Shown piece by piece: positions 12,227-23,399 of a DNA stretch of 64,000 bases. Numbering within the stretch: the first letter of the stretch is position 1; every line of letters starts with the position of its first letter. A model generated the notes under the pieces. The model saw nothing but the letters and a program-made list of their open reading frames with translations, was not told the DNA's origin and searched no databases. The position numbers and the translations under genes were made by a program. The stretch lies in NCBI RefSeq assembly GCF_003991155.1, contig NZ_CP031293.1; one strand, 5' to 3'. This DNA is from Escherichia coli (GTDB lineage: Bacteria > Pseudomonadota > Gammaproteobacteria > Enterobacterales > Enterobacteriaceae).

Positions 12227-14416
12227 TCAGAATTGATACGTGCCGGTAATGCTGAAATTACGCGGTGCGCCGTAGACGATAGAACCTTCCACGTTGGTAT
12301 CGTAGGTTTTGTCGAACAGGTTATTGACGTTCCCCTGTAACGAGAAGTTTTTCGTCACCTGGTAGCGGGTGAAGAGATCCACCAGCGCGTAGCTACCTTG
12401 CTCGGCGCGGAAGGTGCCATACGGTGTCACGGTGTCGGTATACACGCGATTTTGCCAGTTAACACCACCGCCGACCGTCAACTCTGGCATGACAGGCAAC
12501 CGATAGCTGGTGAACATTTTAACCGTGGTGCGTGGCAGATTAGGATTAACGGCGTTTCCTTCGTTATCCTCTGCAATATAGCGCGTTGCGCCAAACGTCA
12601 GCTGCCAGTTGTCGGTAATTGCGCCGTTGAGTTCAAATTCCACACCTTTACTGACTGTCCCATCCACCGCTTTATAGGCGGTTTCGCCGTTGCTGCCGGG
12701 GATAGGTGTACCGGTGGACTGAGCGACATTATCCTGCTCAATACGGAAGATGGCTAACGTGGTGGTCAGACGGCTATTCATCCAGTCCGATTTCAGACCC
12801 AACTCGTAGTTGTTACCGGTGATTGGAGCCAGATATTTGCCTGAACTGTCACGATCATTTTGCGGCTGGAAAATAGAGGTATAGCTGGCGTAGGTCGACC
12901 AGTTGTCATTGATGTCAAACACCAGACCAGCATAAGGCGTGGTGTGGTTTTTCTCCATGCTGTAAGTCAGCGTATCAACCCGCCAGTTGGTATAACGAGC
13001 GCCGAGGATCAGATGCAGCGGATCGGCAAGGGTGACACGAGTGGCAGCATATAACGATTTCATATGTGTGGTATCGTCCTGCGCCAGGCTCTGTGGTGAC
13101 CAGTCGGTTTGTGGGAAATTGCCATTAAAGTTGTAGAAACTGCCAATTTCATCCGGGAAGATGTTGGCCCATGAACTGATGTAACGATTGTTTTGTTTGC
13201 TGTAACTGCCACCAAACATTAGATTGTGCTGACGACCAAACAATTCATAACTACCGTCAGCAAACAAATCCAGCGCATCAACTTTACGTTTGCCGCTGTT
13301 CCAACCGGTGCCGCCGACATAATCAAAACCAGGTCCATAATTACTGTATGGCCCAACCAGCATACCATCCGCTTTGTTTACATAGGCATCGACATACATC
13401 ATTTTACTGTCAAATTCGACTTCGGAGTGGGTGGCATTCAGTGTCGCTTGCCAGGTATCAGCAAACCGCTGCTTGAGGGTCATAAAGACCTTGTTGATCT
13501 CTTTATCGTTATACGCCCAGTCAGGTGCGGTACTGCGTGCGCGATCGTAACTGTTGCTGCTGCCATCAGTATTCCAGCGCGGTAAACCGCCCCAGGTTGG
13601 GCTATTAACATCAATGCGCTGATATTCGTAACCGGCTGAAAGCGTCGTAAGATCGCCTAAATCAGCATCGACAATGCCGGAGAAGAAGGTTTTTTCACTG
13701 TTGTAGCGGTCCAGCCATGAGTCGTTATTCTGGTAGCCGCCGACAATTCGCGCGCGGATTTTACCATCTTCGGTGAGTGGGCTTTGTAAATCCGCCACAT
13801 ACCGTTCTTTGTTCCAGCTACCGTATTCCGCCGAGACATCGCCTTTAAATTCACGACTGGTCGCGTGTTTTCGAATCATATTAATTGCCGCAGATGGATT
13901 ACCCGTCCCGGTCATGAGTCCTGTCGCGCCACGCACTACTTCTACGCGTTCAAACAGTGCCATATCAGAAAGTGCGTCGCCCAGATTCCAGCGCGATTCA
14001 AAATAGGTGGGGATACCATCAACCATATAGTTATCGATCTGGAATCCGCGGGAATAATAAAGAGCACGATCGGAATCCGCCTGACTTTTGCTGATCCCCA
14101 GCGTGTTTTCCATCACTTCGCCCAGCGTTTGTAACTGCTGATCTTCCATCCGCTGCTGGCTAACAATAGTGACCGACTGAGGAATATCACGTTGAGTCAT
14201 CTGCATTTTTGTACCCGCAGAGGTAGACGTTACGTTGTAATCATTTTCGCCATCATCTGGGGCTGTGGCTGAACCCTCAACAATCACCGTTTCTTCAGTG
14301 ACTGGTGCAGCAAAAGCGGCGGAAGGTAATAGTGCCAGTGCTATGCAACCGGCAAGGAGTGACGGTTTGATGATGGCTTGATGTTGATTATCCCTGTTAA
14401 ATTGTGTCGAAAGCAT
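12227..14416 (-). CDS. fhuE: TonB-dependent outer-membrane receptor for ferric coprogen/rhodotorulic acid
   Basis: 729-aa ORF with signal peptide and C-terminal beta-barrel ending ...FSITGTYQF (terminal aromatic). Confidence 0.94.
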   Translation of the reverse strand: MLSTQFNRDNQHQAIIKPSLLAGCIALALLPSAAFAAPVTEETVIVEGSATAPDDGENDYNVTSTSAGTKMQMTQRDIPQSVTIVSQQRMEDQQLQTLGEVMENTLGISKSQADSDRALYYSRGFQIDNYMVDGIPTYFESRWNLGDALSDMALFERVEVVRGATGLMTGTGNPSAAINMIRKHATSREFKGDVSAEYGSWNKERYVADLQSPLTEDGKIRARIVGGYQNNDSWLDRYNSEKTFFSGIVDADLGDLTTLSAGYEYQRIDVNSPTWGGLPRWNTDGSSNSYDRARSTAPDWAYNDKEINKVFMTLKQRFADTWQATLNATHSEVEFDSKMMYVDAYVNKADGMLVGPYSNYGPGFDYVGGTGWNSGKRKVDALDLFADGSYELFGRQHNLMFGGSYSKQNNRYISSWANIFPDEIGSFYNFNGNFPQTDWSPQSLAQDDTTHMKSLYAATRVTLADPLHLILGARYTNWRVDTLTYSMEKNHTTPYAGLVFDINDNWSTYASYTSIFQPQNDRDSSGKYLAPITGNNYELGLKSDWMNSRLTTTLAIFRIEQDNVAQSTGTPIPGSNGETAYKAVDGTVSKGVEFELNGAITDNWQLTFGATRYIAEDNEGNAVNPNLPRTTVKMFTSYRLPVMPELTVGGGVNWQNRVYTDTVTPYGTFRAEQGSYALVDLFTRYQVTKNFSLQGNVNNLFDKTYDTNVEGSIVYGAPRNFSITGTYQF

Positions 14417-14499
14417 TTGAAATCTCTTGGTTTATGTTGGCGTCAGGCTCATGCCGGAGCAGGGTGATGAGCGGTTATATTTAGTGTGCGAATAATTTT

Positions 14500-14540
14500 G
14501 TATGTAAATGCAAATGAGAAATATACGCATTCACATTTGG
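14500..14540 (-). promoter_or_regulatory. Possible Fur box in the fhuE promoter region
   Basis: AT-rich segment aataattttgtatgtaaatgcaaatgagaaatat upstream of fhuE, loosely resembling GATAATGATAATCATTATC; position approximate and not scored. Confidence 0.3.
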
Positions 14541-14749
14541 CGTGTAAACCAAACAGAGAATGTCTTTTCAGCGCATTCGCAGGCAGAAATGGGAATAATG
14601 GCGATATATACGGCAGCAAAACGATTTTTTGCTTAAGAAATCGTGAGTTAAGGTTGAAAGAGCAGGTTTAACTCGACCATACTCTATACTCGCAGTGTGG
14701 CGCGGCGTAGCATGGCGCAACGCATGGCTATTTGAAAAAGGAAAATGTC

Positions 14750-15109
14750 GTGGCAGAAGAAACTATATTCAGCAAAATTATTCGTCGTGAGATCCCCTCC
14801 GATATCGTCTACCAGGATGATCTGGTAACGGCGTTTCGCGATATTTCGCCGCAAGCGCCAACGCATATTCTGATCATTCCGAATATCCTCATTCCGACTG
14901 TGAACGACGTGTCAGCTGAGCATGAGCAGGCGCTGGGACGCATGATCACCGTAGCGGCAAAAATTGCTGAGCAAGAAGGTATTGCCGAAGATGGTTATCG
15001 TCTGATCATGAACACCAACCGCCATGGCGGACAAGAGGTTTACCACATCCATATGCATTTGTTGGGTGGTCGTCCGCTGGGACCAATGCTGACGCATAAA
15101 GGTCTGTAA
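14750..15109 (+). CDS. hinT: HIT-family purine nucleoside phosphoramidase
   Basis: ORF trimmed to GTG at 14750 ([16 protein letters not shown]..., 119 aa) with histidine-triad motif HIHMHLLGG. Confidence 0.9.
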   Translation: MAEETIFSKIIRREIPSDIVYQDDLVTAFRDISPQAPTHILIIPNILIPTVNDVSAEHEQALGRMITVAAKIAEQEGIAEDGYRLIMNTNRHGGQEVYHIHMHLLGGRPLGPMLTHKGL

Positions 15110-15111
15110 CG

Positions 15112-15489
15112 ATGAGAAAAGGATGCTTTGGGCTGATGTCTCTGGCGTTGTTAGTGCTGGTGGGCTGTCGTTCACATCCGGAAATTCCGGTGAATGATGA
15201 GCAATCGCTGGTGATGGAGTCATCTTTATTGGCTGCGGGCATCAGTGCAGAAAAGCCCGTCCTTTCGACATCTGATATTCAACCTTCAGCATCCTCAACG
15301 CTTTATAACGAAAGGCAAGAACCCGTTACCGTTCATTATCGTTTTTACTGGTATGACGCCAGAGGGCTGGAGATGCATCCTCTGGAAAGGCCACGCAGCG
15401 TTACCATTCCCGCACATTCGGCGGTAACGCTGTACGGCAGCGCCAATTTTCTGGGGGCGCACAAAGTCAGACTTTATCTATATTTGTAA
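15112..15489 (+). CDS. ycfL: Lipoprotein YcfL (DUF1425)
   Basis: 125-aa ORF with lipobox LVLVGC after a signal peptide. Confidence 0.85.
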   Translation: MRKGCFGLMSLALLVLVGCRSHPEIPVNDEQSLVMESSLLAAGISAEKPVLSTSDIQPSASSTLYNERQEPVTVHYRFYWYDARGLEMHPLERPRSVTIPAHSAVTLYGSANFLGAHKVRLYLYL

Positions 15490-15502
15490 GGGGTGAATCT
15501 TG

Positions 15503-16124
15503 ATGACAAAAATGAGTCGCTACGCCTTGATTACCGCGCTGGCGATGTTTCTCGCCGGTTGTGTGGGACAACGTGAACCTGCACCGGTAGAAGAAGTGAA
15601 ACCAGCGCCGGAACAACCTGCCGAGCCACAACAGCCTGTCCCCACAGTGCCATCGGTGCCGACGATACCGCAGCAGCCAGGCCCAATTGAGCACGAAGAT
15701 CAAACTGCACCGCCTGCGCCGCATATTCGCCATTATGACTGGAATGGCGCAATGCAGCCGATGGTCAGTAAGATGCTTGGGGCTGATGGCGTGACTGCGG
15801 GTAGCGTCCTTCTGGTTGATAGCGTTAACAACCGTACTAACGGTTCGCTGAATGCCGCAGAAGCGACCGAAACGCTGCGAAATGCGCTGGCTAATAACGG
15901 TAAATTTACCCTGGTTTCCGCCCAGCAGCTGTCGATGGCTAAGCAACAATTAGGTTTGTCGCCGCAGGACAGTTTAGGCACCCGTAGTAAAGCCATAGGC
16001 ATTGCCCGCAATGTTGGCGCTCATTACGTGCTGTACTCCAGCGCCTCTGGCAACGTTAACGCTCCGACCCTACAAATGCAGCTGATGCTGGTGCAGACGG
16101 GCGAAATTATCTGGTCAGGTAAAG

Positions 16125-16144
<20 letters not shown>
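15503..16144 (+). CDS. lpoB: Outer-membrane lipoprotein activator of PBP1B
   Basis: ORF trimmed to ATG 15503 ([20 protein letters not shown], lipobox) followed by a Pro/Gln-rich linker; 213 aa. Confidence 0.9.
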
Positions 16145-17985
<1,841 letters not shown>

Positions 17986-18007
17986 CCCTGGCTTATGTGA
18001 GGAAGCG

Positions 18008-18550
18008 ATGATTATCTATTTACACGGTTTTGACTCTAACAGTCCGGGTAACCACGAGAAAGTCTTACAATTGCAGTTTATTGACCCGGATGTACGCTTG
18101 ATAAGCTACAGTACGCGGCATCCGAAACATGATATGCAGCATCTGCTTAAAGAAGTGGACAAAATGTTGCAACTGAACGTCGACGAGCGTCCGCTGATTT
18201 GCGGCGTTGGTCTGGGCGGATACTGGGCGGAACGGATTGGTTTTCTTTGCGATATCCGCCAGGTGATCTTCAACCCTAATTTGTTCCCTTATGAGAACAT
18301 GGAAGGCAAGATTGATCGCCCGGAAGAGTATGCCGATATTGCCACTAAGTGTGTGACCAACTTCCGCGAAAAGAATCGCGATCGTTGCCTGGTGATTTTG
18401 TCGCGTAATGATGAAGCGCTTAACAGCCAGCGGACATCTGAAGAGCTGCATCATTATTACGAGATTGTCTGGGACGAAGAGCAGACGCACAAATTCAAGA
18501 ATATCTCCCCGCATTTGCAGCGCATTAAGGCGTTCAAAACCCTCAGGTAA
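18008..18550 (+). CDS. ycfP: UPF0227 alpha/beta-hydrolase-like protein YcfP
   Basis: ORF trimmed to ATG 18008 ([19 protein letters not shown]..., 180 aa). Confidence 0.85.
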
Positions 18551-18559
18551 ATGCCCTCG

Positions 18560-18680
18560 TCGCATCAGGTAACCTTGCCGGTACCTGATGCGCTCCGAAT
18601 TCTGTAAGTCGGATAAGGCGTCCATGCCGCATCCGACAGTCGAGCATCAATGCCTGATGCGCCTCTTATCAGGCCTACCG
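18560..18680. repeat. REP/BIME-like palindromic repeat cluster
   Basis: Several GC-rich imperfect palindromes of the gcctgatgcg / cgcatccg type between ycfP and ndh. Confidence 0.6.
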
Positions 18681-18949
18681 AACGCACTCCATACACCCCT
18701 CACTCTATATCACTCTCACAAATTCGCTCAAATAATAAACAATAAACTCTGTTTTTTGATCTCACCCGGTAAAGTCGCCTATCTTTTCAGCAACAAAACT
18801 TGATTAACATCAATTTTGGTATGACCAATGCACCATTCATGTTATTCTCAATAGCGAAGAACATTTTCATTGCTGTAACCTGTTGTTAATTAAGAGCTAT
18901 GTTAATAACCATTAATTAACAATTGGTTAATAAATTTAAGGGGGTCACG

Positions 18950-20254
18950 TTGACTACGCCATTGAAAAAAATTGTGATTGTCGGCGGCGGTGCTGGTGGG
19001 CTGGAAATGGCAACACAACTGGGGCATAAGCTGGGACGCAAGAAAAAAGCCAAAATCACGCTGGTCGATCGTAACCACAGCCACCTGTGGAAACCACTGC
19101 TGCACGAAGTGGCGACTGGCTCGCTTGATGAAGGCGTCGATGCGTTGAGCTATCTGGCCCATGCGCGCAATCATGGTTTCCAGTTCCAACTGGGTTCCGT
19201 CATTGATATTGATCGTGAAGCGAAAACAATCACTATTGCAGAACTGCGCGACGAAAAAGGTGAACTGCTGGTTCCGGAACGTAAAATCGCCTATGACACC
19301 CTGGTAATGGCGCTGGGTAGCACCTCCAACGATTTCAATACGCCAGGTGTCAAAGAGAACTGCATTTTCCTCGATAACCCGCACCAGGCGCGTCGCTTCC
19401 ACCAGGAGATGCTGAATCTGTTCCTGAAATACTCCGCCAACCTGGGCGCGAATGGCAAAGTGAACATTGCGATAGTCGGCGGCGGCGCGACGGGTGTAGA
19501 ACTCTCCGCTGAATTGCACAACGCGGTCAAGCAACTGCACAGCTATGGTTACAAAGGCCTGACCAACGAAGCCCTGAACGTAACGCTGGTAGAAGCGGGC
19601 GAACGTATTTTGCCTGCATTACCGCCACGTATCTCTGCTGCGGCCCATAATGAGTTAACGAAACTTGGCGTTCGCGTGCTGACGCAAACCATGGTCACCA
19701 GTGCTGATGAAGGCGGCCTGCATACTAAAGATGGCGAATATATTGAGGCTGATCTGATGGTGTGGGCAGCCGGGATCAAAGCGCCAGACTTCCTGAAAGA
19801 TATCGGTGGTCTTGAAACCAACCGTATCAACCAGCTGGTGGTGGAACCGACGCTGCAAACCACTCGCGATCCAGACATTTACGCTATTGGCGACTGCGCG
19901 TCATGCCCGCGTCCGGAAGGGGGCTTTGTTCCGCCGCGCGCTCAGGCCGCACATCAGATGGCAACCTGCGCAATGAACAACATTCTGGCGCAGATGAACG
20001 GTAAGCCGCTGAAAAATTATCAGTATAAAGATCACGGTTCGCTGGTATCGCTGTCGAACTTCTCCACCGTCGGTAGCCTGATGGGTAACCTGACGCGCGG
20101 CTCAATGATGATTGAAGGACGAATTGCGCGCTTTGTATATATCTCGCTATACAGAATGCATCAGATTGCGCTGCATGGTTACTTTAAAACCGGATTAATG
20201 ATGCTGGTGGGGAGTATTAACCGCGTTATCCGTCCGCGTTTGAAGTTGCATTAA
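18950..20254 (+). CDS. ndh: NADH:quinone oxidoreductase II (NDH-2)
   Basis: ORF trimmed to TTG at 18950 ([25 protein letters not shown], 434 aa) with two dinucleotide-binding GxGxxG motifs. Confidence 0.92.
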
Positions 20255-20269
20255 TCGACGTACACTGGC

Positions 20270-20360
20270 GGATGTGGCATAAACGCCTCATCCGCCCTGG
20301 ACAAATGGTACGAGCGGTAGGCCTGATAAGACGCGTTAAGCGTCGCATCAGGCATTCCTT
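20270..20360. repeat. REP-like palindromic repeat
   Basis: ggtaggcctgataagacgcgttaagcgtcgcatcaggc-type palindromic unit downstream of ndh. Confidence 0.55.
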
Positions 20361-20480
20361 CAGACTCCTCCGAATCCTTAAGTATTTCCAGCCATTCCCG
20401 CGCTTTTCATCTTCTGTCTGATAGCTGCTTTTCTCCTTCGCTTGCATGATTGGCATAACTGCAAAGAAGGAGGTGTTCCC

Positions 20481-21020
20481 GTGAATAAATCAATGTTGGC
20501 GGGTATCGGGATTGGTGTCGCAGCTGCGCTGGGCGTAGCGGCAGTGGCCAGTCTGAACGTGTTTGAACGTGGCCCGCAATACGCTCAGGTTGTTTCTGCA
20601 ACCCCAATCAAGGAAACGGTTAAAACACCGCGTCAGGAGTGTCGCAACGTCACAGTGACCCATCGTCGACCGGTGCAGGATGAAAATCGCATTACCGGGT
20701 CGGTGCTCGGCGCTGTTGCTGGTGGCGTGATAGGGCATCAGTTTGGTGGTGGTCGCGGTAAAGATGTCGCTACTGTTGTGGGGGCGCTGGGTGGTGGATA
20801 TGCCGGTAACCAGATCCAGGGCTCTCTCCAGGAAAGCGATACTTACACGACTACGCAACAGCGTTGTAAAACGGTGTATGACAAGTCAGAAAAAATGCTC
20901 GGTTATGATGTGACCTATAAGATTGGCGGTCAGCAGGGCAAAATCCGCATGGACCGCGATCCGGGTACGCAGATCCCGCTAGATAGCAACGGGCAACTGA
21001 TTTTGAATAACAAAGTATAA
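20481..21020 (+). CDS. ycfJ: Glycine-zipper membrane protein YcfJ
   Basis: ORF trimmed to GTG 20481 (MNKSMLAGIGIGVAAALGVAAVASL..., 179 aa), Gly-rich GxxxG repeats. Confidence 0.85.
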   Translation: MNKSMLAGIGIGVAAALGVAAVASLNVFERGPQYAQVVSATPIKETVKTPRQECRNVTVTHRRPVQDENRITGSVLGAVAGGVIGHQFGGGRGKDVATVVGALGGGYAGNQIQGSLQESDTYTTTQQRCKTVYDKSEKMLGYDVTYKIGGQQGKIRMDRDPGTQIPLDSNGQLILNNKV

Positions 21021-21042
21021 CAAGGCTGTACTCTGCAATTTG

Positions 21043-21077
21043 GCCCCTCATTCGCTCAGGCTGAGGGGCTTTTTTTG
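21043..21077. terminator. Bidirectional Rho-independent terminator between ycfJ and comR
   Basis: Hairpin gcccctca-ttcgctcaggc-tgaggggc followed by TTTTTTT; comR stop at 21082 on the opposite strand. Confidence 0.65.
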
Positions 21078-21081
21078 CGAC

Positions 21082-21714
21082 TTATTTCAGCAGTTCCGGC
21101 CATAAACGCAAAGTCGTTCGGGCAATCTGCATCAGTTTTTCCAGCGATGCACCTTCGCGTGCGCTGATCGACATCCCCTGAATAATACAATTAAGGAATT
21201 CTGCCAGATGCGTCACGTCACAGTGGGTCGGGATTTCCCCGCGCGCTTGTCGTTGACATAAAAACTGCTGCAAAGTGCGCTCTTGCATCGCATGGCGTGA
21301 TTTCAGCGTATTGCCGATATCTCCGGAATCCGGGGAGAGGGTGGTGCAGTTGTTGATCATAAAGCAGCCAGCCGGGGTGTCTTTGCTGGTAAAGCAGTTG
21401 GCGACGGCAGCAAAATAGTCAGCCAGCGCAGTCTCCACGCTTTTCTCTTCACAAAACAGCTGTGCTTCATGCTTAGCGGCAAAACGATCGATATAGCGGT
21501 CGAGTACGGCGCGAAATAACCCCTCTTTGTTGGTAAATTCCGCGTATAGCGTGGGCGCTTTGGCTCCGGTCGCTTCGACGAGGTCCGCAAGAGAAGTCGC
21601 TTCATAACCGTGCTGCCAGAACAATTTCATGGCCTTATCAAGCGCGGCATCCCTGTCGAACACTTTTGGGCGGCCACGGCTTTTTTTTATACATTGTGTT
21701 GAGTCAGTTGCCAT
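21082..21714 (-). CDS. comR: TetR-family transcriptional repressor
   Basis: ORF trimmed to ATG (plus-strand cat at 21712-21714): MATDSTQCIKKSRGRPKVFDRDAALDKAMKLFWQHGYEATSLADLV..., 210 aa, TetR helix-turn-helix. Confidence 0.9.
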   Translation of the reverse strand: MATDSTQCIKKSRGRPKVFDRDAALDKAMKLFWQHGYEATSLADLVEATGAKAPTLYAEFTNKEGLFRAVLDRYIDRFAAKHEAQLFCEEKSVETALADYFAAVANCFTSKDTPAGCFMINNCTTLSPDSGDIGNTLKSRHAMQERTLQQFLCQRQARGEIPTHCDVTHLAEFLNCIIQGMSISAREGASLEKLMQIARTTLRLWPELLK

Positions 21715-21954
21715 GATGCCGTTGTACCTGGTGACTGTGAATGAAAGGTTATTATAAAAATAATCACCTCCGTTCACCAGTCCAGAAACCATAAAAATAA
21801 TCGCTTTCTATTTAACTGAAATTTAAAGATTTTTAAATTAATTAATGATTGTTATAAAAAATATCTTGTATGTGATCCAGATCACATCTATCATTTAGTT
21901 ATCGATCGTTAAGTAATTGCTTGCGACGTCATTCATCTGCATAAGGCCACTATT

Positions 21955-22212
21955 ATGAAAAACGTAAAAACCCTCATCGCTGCGGCGATTTTAAGCTCCA
22001 TGTCATTTGTCAGCTTTGCGGCTGTCGAAGTTCAGTCAACCCCAGAAGGCCAACAAAAAGTCGGTACTATCAGTGCTAACGCGGGGACAAATCTGGGATC
22101 GCTGGAAGAGCAGCTGGCGCAAAAAGCGGATGAGATGGGCGCAAAATCTTTCCGTATTACTTCTGTAACCGGTCCGAATACCCTCCATGGAACAGCAGTA
22201 ATTTATAAATAA
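21955..22212 (+). CDS. bhsA: Multiple stress resistance protein BhsA (YhcN/DUF1471 family)
   Basis: 85-aa ORF with signal peptide, ends ...LHGTAVIYK. Confidence 0.9.
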   Translation: MKNVKTLIAAAILSSMSFVSFAAVEVQSTPEGQQKVGTISANAGTNLGSLEEQLAQKADEMGAKSFRITSVTGPNTLHGTAVIYK

Positions 22213-22252
22213 GCATTAACCCTCATTAATGCCTGCTACTGCTGATTTTTTT

Positions 22253-22286
22253 CCCCGCGACATGCCGTGTCGCGGGGACTTTTTTA
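22253..22286 (+). terminator. Rho-independent terminator downstream of bhsA
   Basis: Hairpin ccccgcgacatgccgtgtcgcgggg followed by ACTTTTTTAT. Confidence 0.65.
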
Positions 22287-22294
22287 TCCGAGCT

Positions 22295-23257
22295 TTACAG
22301 AGTTTGTGGGCTCACTTGATGACGGCGGACATCCACCGGCATCCCGGAACGGACATCCATCACATGTTGCATCACTTCAGCGTCAGTTTGTGCTGCATCT
22401 TTAAACGATTGCATTGCGCTATTCAGCGTAATTGGCAGCAGCTGCGGATCGTCATCAATCTTCTCTGACAGCGGCTGATGTACTTCAACCAGACGCGCAC
22501 CGTTTGGTTCGGCAGAGACTTTAATCGGGGTGTTGATGATATTTACTTTGGTACCTGGGGTGACCTGGCTAAAGAGTGTTTTGATATCGTCATCCCGCAG
22601 ACGAATACAGCCAGAACTTACCCGCATGCCAATGCCGAAATCGGCGTTCGTACCATGAAGCAAATAAACGCCGCCATAGGCCGCCAGACGAATCGCATGA
22701 TGGCCCATTGGGTTATCCGGTCCAGCCGGCACTACCGCAGGCAACTCAATTCCCTGTGCTTTATAACGGGCGCGGATGTTTGCCGTTGGCGTCCAGGTTG
22801 GGTTTGCACGTTTGTCTGAAACGGTGGTCACCATTGTCGGCGTCAGCGTGTCACCACCTAACTGACCAATGCCGATGGGATACACGGTTACCGAATTTTT
22901 ACCTGGCGGGTAGTAATAGAGACGCAGTTCCGCAATATTGATCACAATGCCTTCGCGCGGCGCATCTGGAAGTAGGGTTTGCAACGGGATCGTTAACACG
23001 CTACCCGCGCGCGGCACGTAAGGATCAACGCCGGGGTTAGCCTGTAACAGAGCGAGAAAGCCGACATTATATTTTTTGGCGATGGCTTCCAGAGAACCAC
23101 CGTCATTTTCCACCACATGAAATTTGTTTTCGCCAACCAGACGACTGCCCGCTGGCGGCAGCGGCCAGGTGTTGGCTTTTGCCGGTAGCGCCAGCGCCAC
23201 GGCAGCGGCGAACGTAAAAAACGTTAGCCAGCGAGAAAAACGCGTTTTGATCATCAC
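22295..23257 (-). CDS. ldtC: L,D-transpeptidase (YkuD domain)
   Basis: Long ORF-track ORF trimmed to V/M-IKTRFSRWLTFFTFAAAVALALPAKA signal peptide; start is either GTG at 23257 or ATG at 23254; YkuD catalytic region HGTNADFGIGMRVSSGCIRL. Confidence 0.88.
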   Translation of the reverse strand: MMIKTRFSRWLTFFTFAAAVALALPAKANTWPLPPAGSRLVGENKFHVVENDGGSLEAIAKKYNVGFLALLQANPGVDPYVPRAGSVLTIPLQTLLPDAPREGIVINIAELRLYYYPPGKNSVTVYPIGIGQLGGDTLTPTMVTTVSDKRANPTWTPTANIRARYKAQGIELPAVVPAGPDNPMGHHAIRLAAYGGVYLLHGTNADFGIGMRVSSGCIRLRDDDIKTLFSQVTPGTKVNIINTPIKVSAEPNGARLVEVHQPLSEKIDDDPQLLPITLNSAMQSFKDAAQTDAEVMQHVMDVRSGMPVDVRRHQVSPQTL

Positions 23258-23399
23258 CAAAGTCCATAATAAATATAAGGTTATTGTAATAAAAAGATAA
23301 GTCTGAATTATGGAGGGTGACAGTGTCGGATAGTGCAGGGAAGTGCAAAGAATTTGTAAATGTTGCAGATGGGGGCGCAGAAACGCCCCCGATTTACCA

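Noticed and set aside
18560-18680. REP clusters (also at about 20270-20360 and 33235-33335) considered as a possible CRISPR array
   Set aside because: Repeats are imperfect GC-rich palindromes without regular spacer periodicity; no cas genes nearby; consistent with REP/BIME elements.
18065-19540. Minus-strand ORFs of 186 aa and 212 aa opposite ycfP and ndh
   Set aside because: Antisense to recognised genes and crossing a REP-containing intergenic region; no coding signature.
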